Below are positions 48,012-54,860 of a DNA stretch of 54,860 nt, piece by piece. The DNA is taken from sequence record SRR31156797_762. One strand, written 5' to 3'. The position numbers and the translations under genes were made by a program. The stretch's first letter is position 1. Every line of letters begins with the position of its first letter. The notes under the pieces were generated by a model that saw only the letters and a list, made by a program, of their open reading frames with translations, did not search any database and was not told the DNA's origin.

Positions 48012-49583
48012 CTAAAAACCGGGGCGTATATTCATCTGATTCATGCGGTTCATTTGATTCATTTGTTGCATCATTTGCATTTGTTGCATGGAGTTATTGG
48101 GTCTGCGATAAAAACCAACAGTTTTAAATTCTATAGGAATAGTAATTTCATAATAATACTTCTTCCTATTGCGTTTGTATGGCTTCATTATGACTCCATA
48201 ATCACTCATAAATGCATCTTGAACAAAAGAAAAGATCACTTTCTCGAAATCGGGATGTAAGGAGTTGTGTAGTTCTTTGGAAATCAGGTTTCCTTTAGGA
48301 GTGATTCTTACAGTTAGCAACATATATCCCTGCGCATCTTCACTAATAGCTTTTTGATAATCAACTTCGGAAGTTACTCCTTTTAATCTTGATTGAAGGG
48401 ATTTCATTCTTAGGTTAAGATCGTTTAACGATAGTTGAAATACGGTATCTGTTTTTTGAAGGCGATATGATTTTTTGACCTTTTGCTTATGGTAAACATT
48501 CGTAAATATGTCATCCTTTTGTGGATTATGATTATCATAAATCAGATCCGTATACTTTCGGATAAATCCATTTAACGATTTTTCTTCAAAATATTCGTAA
48601 TGATAGGCATCAATTACTTGTCCGAGACTATCGTATGCAATCGTTTCTTGTGCTTTATTATCTATATATGAAATGGTTTTACGAACAGTGCCATCGGGAT
48701 AATAACAAACACATTTCCCATTTTTAATATGTGGGTAAAAGGAGGAATACTGAATATCATATAATTTAACTGAATCTTTAAAGTATTCCAGTGACCAAAT
48801 AGAATCCTGAAGATTAGTTATATTGGCATGGTAGGTTGCATGATTTTTTGTTGCAACATCATTCCAATATTTGTCAAAATATATGGGCTTTTTGTTTCTG
48901 TATTTGTTATGGTATTCCTGGTATTTAATAAATTGAAAAATATTCTTTTCGGTATATTTAATTTTGCCCACCAATAACTCTACCAGTGAATTTCCTTTGC
49001 TGGGGAATAAGGTAAATTCCAGATCATCAAACGATCTGTCTTTAGGGATTTCCTTCCATTTATCATCTCCATTTTCTTTATACAGATATGATTCAATGAT
49101 GGGATCAGCAAAACCATAACCTTGGGCCATAGCAGAGGTAAAGTGGTATCTTTTTACAAAGGTTTTACCATCCACATTTGTTAAATATTGAACAAGGTCG
49201 GCGTTGGGTCTTAGTTTATCTCTAAAGTAATAATTATGAATTTTAATAAAAGAATCGGTTCCAATGGTCAGATAGGAAATACTTTCTGCATGGACTTTAC
49301 TTTTTAAATCTTTTTCAGAGGTTTTAAACCAAATTTTATCATTTTCAAACTTAATAAGTCCTTTGTGTATTTGCCCTTTATTATCACAGTATTTTCCAAG
49401 TTCATATGAGCTGGAATAATGAATAAACTCAAGTTTGTTTTCAGGATTATAAAGCAGTGGGTCGAAATAGTTGTCAAAAGGGGTGCCGTTTATATCAAAA
49501 CGATTACCAATTTTAATTTGAGCATTTCCATTTGTTGTTGCAACAAGAATTAAGGCTACAAAAAGCAGTTTGATTACTTTCAT
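48012..49583 (-). CDS. Hypothetical secreted protein with MORN-like repeats, TonB-C-like domain and Met/Gln/Asn-rich tail
   Basis: Signal peptide (GNA-Q); YFDKYW, KNG....YYPDG; QGYMLLTVRITPKG...ITIPIEF TonB-C-like region; TATATTTG box at 49616-49609. Confidence 0.7.
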   Translation of the reverse strand: MKVIKLLFVALILVATTNGNAQIKIGNRFDINGTPFDNYFDPLLYNPENKLEFIHYSSSYELGKYCDNKGQIHKGLIKFENDKIWFKTSEKDLKSKVHAESISYLTIGTDSFIKIHNYYFRDKLRPNADLVQYLTNVDGKTFVKRYHFTSAMAQGYGFADPIIESYLYKENGDDKWKEIPKDRSFDDLEFTLFPSKGNSLVELLVGKIKYTEKNIFQFIKYQEYHNKYRNKKPIYFDKYWNDVATKNHATYHANITNLQDSIWSLEYFKDSVKLYDIQYSSFYPHIKNGKCVCYYPDGTVRKTISYIDNKAQETIAYDSLGQVIDAYHYEYFEEKSLNGFIRKYTDLIYDNHNPQKDDIFTNVYHKQKVKKSYRLQKTDTVFQLSLNDLNLRMKSLQSRLKGVTSEVDYQKAISEDAQGYMLLTVRITPKGNLISKELHNSLHPDFEKVIFSFVQDAFMSDYGVIMKPYKRNRKKYYYEITIPIEFKTVGFYRRPNNSMQQMQMMQQMNQMNRMNQMNIRPGF

Positions 49584-49657
49584 AGATAGAATTTGTTAAT
49601 GTTTGCTGCAAATATAGAAAGTTTATGATGTAAAGCATTATGCAAGGAGAGTAAGCC

Positions 49658-49870
49658 AAATCTCAGGTGTGAAAACCTTCCTGATTGTGTCGACATTAAA
49701 ATCGCAAGTGCAAAATGCTTGCTGACCTGTGCGGAACTAGAATCTCACATGCGAAATCCTTGCTGATTTGCTCTGTATTGAAATCGCATATGTGGAAACT
49801 CTCCTGCGTTCATCAGCAATAAAATCGCATATGCGAAAAGCTTCCTGCAGCGTTCATTAAAGAAATAGCA
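49658..49870. repeat. Non-coding tandem array, 41-bp period, five units plus a partial sixth, with palindromic TCGCA-NN-TGCGA core
   Basis: Units start at 49658, 49699, 49740, 49781, 49822 and 49863. Confidence 0.88.
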
Positions 49871-49895
49871 TTGCCATAATATTTGGCGAGCTGTT

Positions 49896-50972
49896 CTACA
49901 AACAAATCATATTTTTATCAAATTGCGTTAGTGTTTCGGCACCGTTTGTAGTAACCAGAATAGTATCTTCAATTCTTAATCCACCCCAGTTTGGTATATA
50001 AATGCCGGGCTCAATTGTTACCACCATATTCTTTTGGTATGTAAAATCGGCATCATGTCGCATAAAAGGTTGTTCATGAATATCCAAACCAACACCATGA
50101 CCGTAGCCGGCGTAGAAATACGGCTTGTATTCTTCTGGAATTATTTCATCAATTAGCTGGTTGATTACGCTAATGTGTACCCCATCTGAAACATTAGCCA
50201 CAATGGCTTGCTGGCAGTTTTGAATAATTTGGTACAATTCTTTATGCTTGTCATCCGGAGTTCCAATAATGAAGGTTCTACTCATATCAGCATGAAATCC
50301 ATCCACAAGCGCCCCAAAGTCAAATAAAAGGTAATCTCCGTTTTTTAACGGAACATTAGATGCCTTACCATGTAGCAAAGAAGTTCGGGCACCTGTTAGT
50401 ACCATAGTTTCAAACGAAATATTATCAGCACCGGCCAATCGCATATTGTATTCTAATAAAGCAGCTATTTCAACTTCTGTTTGCCCTTCTTTAATGGTTT
50501 TTACTGTGTTCTCAAGTGCTAAATCAGATAATTCACAAGCTTTTCGCAGAGCCTTTATTTCACGCTCTTGTTTAATCAGTCTTAGTTCTTCCACAATGCC
50601 AGCAGTAGGAACTAATGAAATGCCTTTAAGGTTGGCATTTAATCTGTCGTAACTATCAAAAGTCAGGTTCGTTTTTTCGAAACCAATCTTTTTAAGCTCT
50701 GCTTTATCAAAAGCAAGTTGATACGTTTCGTGCCCAAATCTTCGGTCTTCGAACCATAAGGTTGGGGTAATGTTTGAATGGCATTCGTTGTTAGCCTGTT
50801 CAATATAACGCGGATCGGTAAATAAGAAACTCCCGTTTTTGGATATTAACAAAGTAGAGGAGTCTCCAGTAAATCCCGACAGGTATTTTACATTGGTTTC
50901 ATTAGTAATCAATAAGCCATCTAATTCCAGTGCTTCTATTTTCTCAATTACTTTTGCGATGTTATTTGCCAT
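49896..50972 (-). CDS. Xaa-Pro aminopeptidase/dipeptidase (M24B)
   Basis: Creatinase N-domain; DFGA, DMSRT, HGVGLDIHE, EPGIY and RIED metal ligands. Confidence 0.95.
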   Translation of the reverse strand: MANNIAKVIEKIEALELDGLLITNETNVKYLSGFTGDSSTLLISKNGSFLFTDPRYIEQANNECHSNITPTLWFEDRRFGHETYQLAFDKAELKKIGFEKTNLTFDSYDRLNANLKGISLVPTAGIVEELRLIKQEREIKALRKACELSDLALENTVKTIKEGQTEVEIAALLEYNMRLAGADNISFETMVLTGARTSLLHGKASNVPLKNGDYLLFDFGALVDGFHADMSRTFIIGTPDDKHKELYQIIQNCQQAIVANVSDGVHISVINQLIDEIIPEEYKPYFYAGYGHGVGLDIHEQPFMRHDADFTYQKNMVVTIEPGIYIPNWGGLRIEDTILVTTNGAETLTQFDKNMICL

Positions 50973-50996
50973 GATTATTTGTTCTGTTTAAATGGA

Positions 50997-52466
50997 TTAT
51001 TCTGCGTAAAGGTGAATGATGTTGGTAATAGCTTCCTGACAGACCGGGCAAAAGTCATTGATTCGAGAAAACATTACACAGTTTAACGAAGGACGATACA
51101 TTCCTTTGGGCATATACCCGGCGCCCTCAAAAATACCTGTTTTGCTAGCTAAAGCACATGCTGCCAAATAGGTATTCACAATAGTATCCTGAGTTAAACT
51201 TTCTCTATCATAATTCTCTTTTGCAGCTTTAATTTTTTCAGATGGAGCACCATTCTTTTGCATTTCAAAAATTTCGTTATTTAAGGCAGCGCGTCTTTTT
51301 TGCCAGGCAAAATCTAAGCTGTCAAATTTCTCCTTTTCCCATGGAGTTGGTACTTCCATGTTGTCACTTAAAAGATGTTTCCACTTTACATTTTCAGGAT
51401 CCAGTAAAGCGGTAATATTCGGTTCTGCAGGCTCTTTATCTAGAGCATAAAAATCGGTATAAGCTGTTGCTGAAGTATAATATTCATCAGCAAGCCCATA
51501 TACCGAATGTCCTTGCTCATGTATCATGATATATTCACTATTGACGTTGTCGGAAGTAAAGGTGCTGTAGAAATTGTAAATACCACCGCCACCATAACGT
51601 GTGCTATTAACCATGATAAAAATAATATCGTAAGGCACATGTCCTGAAATATCTCTTAAAGCTTTGTTATCCTCAGTTAAAATATACCTTTCAGAGTCCA
51701 TGGTGTTGAAAGTTGCACTGATGGCTGTATTTTTATCGATTCCGGCTCTAGGTTCATCAATCCCGGAATTTTCCGAAAGTTTCAATACTCCTCTTACATT
51801 AAATTCGTTTTTATAAGAAGAAAAAGGTGCTGTCTCAAAAAGTACCTTAGTGAATCGATCTACATCTGATTTGAATTTCTCAGCCTCTTCAGCAGTATAT
51901 CCTTCTCCAACAAAAACAATATCTGCTTTTATATGAGGATTTCCGCTTTCGTGGCAGGTATAAGTTTGAATGCTATTATCAATAGGTACATTTTTTGTAT
52001 CGCTTGGTAGAATAGAGGTTCTGAAAACTTCATCAAATTCTCCATCACTATTTCGTTTTTCTAATGCAAATACAATAGCTTTTTGTGGCATTGGAATAAT
52101 GGCCGATTCGTGAAACTGTTTTACATTTCCATCGATGGCCTCCTGGCTGACCTGATATTCTTTAAAATAACTATCAAAGCCTTTAGAGTAAATCAACTCT
52201 TTGCTGGCTTCATCATATACTTTATAATAATATGCACCATAATTGAGTGTATCTACCAGATTTTTCATACTACCAGCCCAGCTTTGATATTGATATACTT
52301 CATCAATTGAAACGGTTTCACTTTTAGCGTCTCCGGTATGAAAATAATCAATGCGTAGAGTTTGGTCTTTGAAGTAGGTATTGAATCTGGATTCGTTCAC
52401 CTCTGTTTGGCATGAGGCTAGTGTGATTAAAAATGCAAAAAATAAAGTTGGGAGGTGTAATTTCAT
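50997..52466 (-). CDS. M64-family (IgA peptidase-like) metallopeptidase, lipoprotein
   Basis: Lipobox LASC; YGGGG, HEQGH...GLADEY, EGAGY...YRP..NCVM...FCPVC. Confidence 0.92.
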   Translation of the reverse strand: MKLHLPTLFFAFLITLASCQTEVNESRFNTYFKDQTLRIDYFHTGDAKSETVSIDEVYQYQSWAGSMKNLVDTLNYGAYYYKVYDEASKELIYSKGFDSYFKEYQVSQEAIDGNVKQFHESAIIPMPQKAIVFALEKRNSDGEFDEVFRTSILPSDTKNVPIDNSIQTYTCHESGNPHIKADIVFVGEGYTAEEAEKFKSDVDRFTKVLFETAPFSSYKNEFNVRGVLKLSENSGIDEPRAGIDKNTAISATFNTMDSERYILTEDNKALRDISGHVPYDIIFIMVNSTRYGGGGIYNFYSTFTSDNVNSEYIMIHEQGHSVYGLADEYYTSATAYTDFYALDKEPAEPNITALLDPENVKWKHLLSDNMEVPTPWEKEKFDSLDFAWQKRRAALNNEIFEMQKNGAPSEKIKAAKENYDRESLTQDTIVNTYLAACALASKTGIFEGAGYMPKGMYRPSLNCVMFSRINDFCPVCQEAITNIIHLYAE

Positions 52467-52580
52467 GGCCCGTCGTTTAATATTTTATAAATAATTCCTG
52501 ATGAAGGAAATGTAAAAATAGAAATTGACAGACCGAAAATTAACCTAATTTGTCATGTTTTGAATAAAAATATGGATTAC

Positions 52581-52679
52581 TTCTCGCAAAGATCGCCAAG
52601 AAAAGATAACGCAAAGCCAAACAAAGGATTCGTTTTACTTTGCGAACTTTGCTATTTTCTTTGAGGTCTTTGCGTGAAA
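52581..52679. repeat. About 100-bp imperfect palindromic (REP-like) element built from CGCAAAG/CTTTGCG motifs
   Basis: TTCTCGCAAAGA...CGCAAAG...CAAAG mirrored by CTTTGCG...CTTTGC...TCTTTGCGTGAA. Confidence 0.75.
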
Positions 52680-52701
52680 GCCAAAAAGCAGTTTGACTTT
52701 T

Positions 52702-54522
52702 TTATTTATCACTAAAACTGATAGAACCTTTGTTTTCCTGATCAGGCTCATAAGCGTATATCTCTCTTAAAATACCGGCATATTTATTATACAAAACCCG
52801 TCGTTTAAGTTTTAAGGTAGCAGATAATTCACCACTAGCCGATGACCAAGGCTCACAAACCAGTCTGAAGCGTTTGATTTGTTCGTGTTGCCCGATTTGC
52901 TTATTGGTTTTGGCCACTTCTTTCTGAAATGCTTTCAGAATGTCTTTGTTTTGTACCAATGCCTTATTATCTCTAAAGTGAATTTTATGATCGTGTGCAT
53001 ACATGTGCAAATAATCGAAGTTCGGAGAAATTAATGCGCTGGCATATTTTTCACTTTCGCCAACCACCATGGCCTGCTCAATAAAGATGGATTCTTTAAG
53101 CAGGTTTTCAATAGCTTGCGGGGCAATGTACTTACCGCTTGACGTTTTAAACATTTCTTTTTTGCGATCGGTAATCTTCAGGAACTTTCCATCAATTAAT
53201 TCACCAATGTCGCCTGTATGAAACCAACCATCTTCATCAATGACCTCGGCGGTTAATTCAGGTGCTTTATAGTAACCTTTCATTACACAAGGCCCTTTTG
53301 TCAGGATTTCACCATCACTGTCAATTTTCACTTCGATATTCTCGAGCGTTGGACCTACAGTTCCTATCATTAAGTTACCGGGTTCCTTATAATAATTGGT
53401 GGAGATAACCGGAGCGGTTTCTGTTAAGCCGTAACCTTCCATCAGGCGAATACCGGCGGCAAAAAATAAACGACTTAATCGAGGTTGCAAGGCGGCGCCT
53501 CCCGAAATAACAAAATCGAGATTGCCTCCAAAAGCTTTTTGCCATTTACTGAATACCAGCTTTTCGGCGATATGAAGCTTCCACCTATAAAACAGATTGT
53601 TTTTTCCTTCTTTACAATACCTTTCACCTAAGCGCATAGCCCAAAAGAAGATAAACTTTTTAGCTCCGGATAAATCTTCTCCCTTAGATACTAATCGATC
53701 GTAAATTCGCTCAATTACACGAGGCACAGTTACAAAGGCAGTTGGTTTTACCGAAGCCATGTCACTGACAATGGTTCCCAGGTTTTCGGCATAATAAATA
53801 CTACATCCTTTGGCCTGAAAAAGATAATTGACCAAACGTTCAAAAACATGACAAAGCGGTAAAAAACTTAAAGTACGCGAATGGTTATCTAAATCAAAAC
53901 GATCCCAAACACCCGCCAAATTACTCATAAAGTTTCCATGCGAAAGCATAACGCCTTTGGGCAAACCTGTGGTTCCGGATGTATAAATGATGGATGCAAT
54001 ATCATCGCTGGTGATACTGTCCTTAATTTCTTTGTATTGGTTTTTGTATTTGTTCTTATTGTTAATTCCTGCCTGACTAACGGTATCCCATGATTGGGCT
54101 CCTTCTACTTTGTTAAAAGTAAGCAGGTGTTCAATAACAGGGAGCTTGTCGCAAATGGGTTTTATTTTATTGTATAAGGCTGTGTCTGAAACAATCACCA
54201 TTTTTACTTCGGCATGATTAAAAATGTGTTCAAACTCCTCTTCGCTAATAGTTGGATATACCGGTACGTGAATAACACCAACCATAGCCATACCCATATC
54301 TACAAAATTCCACTCCGGGCGATTGTTGGAGATAGTGGCTATTTTATCGCCTTTTTTAAATCCCAAACTTAATAAGCCCAGGGCAAAATTTTTGGCGTTG
54401 TCACGATATTCTACTTCATTAAACTTAAACCAGCTACCATTAATTTTGGCATGAAGAACATCATTATTAGGGTAGGTTTTTTTTAGGTGCTTTAAAATGT
54501 CAAAAGTCCTCTCGAAATTCAT
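52702..54522 (-). CDS. fadD: Long-chain fatty-acid-CoA ligase (AMP-dependent synthetase)
   Basis: YTSGTTGLPKG, EGYGLTE, GWFHTGDIG, ITDRKKE and TLKLKR motifs. Confidence 0.93.
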   Translation of the reverse strand: MNFERTFDILKHLKKTYPNNDVLHAKINGSWFKFNEVEYRDNAKNFALGLLSLGFKKGDKIATISNNRPEWNFVDMGMAMVGVIHVPVYPTISEEEFEHIFNHAEVKMVIVSDTALYNKIKPICDKLPVIEHLLTFNKVEGAQSWDTVSQAGINNKNKYKNQYKEIKDSITSDDIASIIYTSGTTGLPKGVMLSHGNFMSNLAGVWDRFDLDNHSRTLSFLPLCHVFERLVNYLFQAKGCSIYYAENLGTIVSDMASVKPTAFVTVPRVIERIYDRLVSKGEDLSGAKKFIFFWAMRLGERYCKEGKNNLFYRWKLHIAEKLVFSKWQKAFGGNLDFVISGGAALQPRLSRLFFAAGIRLMEGYGLTETAPVISTNYYKEPGNLMIGTVGPTLENIEVKIDSDGEILTKGPCVMKGYYKAPELTAEVIDEDGWFHTGDIGELIDGKFLKITDRKKEMFKTSSGKYIAPQAIENLLKESIFIEQAMVVGESEKYASALISPNFDYLHMYAHDHKIHFRDNKALVQNKDILKAFQKEVAKTNKQIGQHEQIKRFRLVCEPWSSASGELSATLKLKRRVLYNKYAGILREIYAYEPDQENKGSISFSDK

Positions 54523-54860
54523 CCTTTACTATTTTCTTCTCAACAATAGACTAGCTTTTGATATGTGCTAATCTGTTCATTCACATTTTAATATTGCGTT
54601 AAATGCGCCGCAATTTACAATTAATTTACATATATAGAATTTATCAAGCATTATTATTTCGAACATATCGAAAGATGGTTTGAAATCTATTGTTTCTTAC
54701 ATATTTATAGTGCTTGTTTGTGAGTGGTTCATTCCAAAATTAAATAGCTATTCAGAAAACAATTAGGATTATTTATGGAAAATGCTTTGGTAGGCCTCTT
54801 TTTAAATGACTTTTGTTTTGGTGTAAAACTTTAGTAAGACCGGGAAGTTGAGAACTTGTT

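Noticed and set aside
47988-48260. His-rich plus-strand ORF (HLIHAVHLIHLLHHLHLLH)
   Set aside because: Antisense shadow of the Met/Gln/Asn codons (ATG reads CAT) of the real minus-strand gene; starts inside a terminator
49658-49870. Calling the 41-bp array a CRISPR array
   Set aside because: Repeats are too degenerate, the 15-bp linkers are too short and share fixed positions, and there are no cas genes; kept as an unexplained repeat

Overview
AT-rich chromosomal window from a Bacteroidota bacterium, probably a marine Marinilabiliales/Bacteroidales type. This rests on TAnnTTTG -7 promoter boxes, T9SS C-terminal domains and Na+-NQR. Most of it is housekeeping: the 3' end of nqrF, apbE, a fused 2-oxoacid dehydrogenase E1, recR, amn, holA, rhomboid-gmhB-pabC, yqgE, nif3/Zn-ribbon/MerR, peptidases and an acyl-CoA synthetase. 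No rRNA, tRNA, transposase, integrase or cas gene is visible. The most notable parts are: (1) a minus-strand pspA (bacterial ESCRT-III-like) operon with YbjN/CesT-like, DUF4178, low-complexity-tail and DUF350 genes, a membrane-fused aminopropyltransferase and SpeD, followed by an RCK K+ channel, with a GT11 fucosyltransferase inserted on the opposite strand; (2) a non-coding array with an exact 41-bp period and palindromic cores at 49658-49870; (3) an accessory block between nqrF and apbE, carrying an AsmA-DsbA-Cys-rich lipoprotein operon and a DUF1800/DUF1501 pair whose DUF1501 has both a twin-arginine signal and a T9SS CTD. All family calls come from motif recognition by eye; no searches were run.
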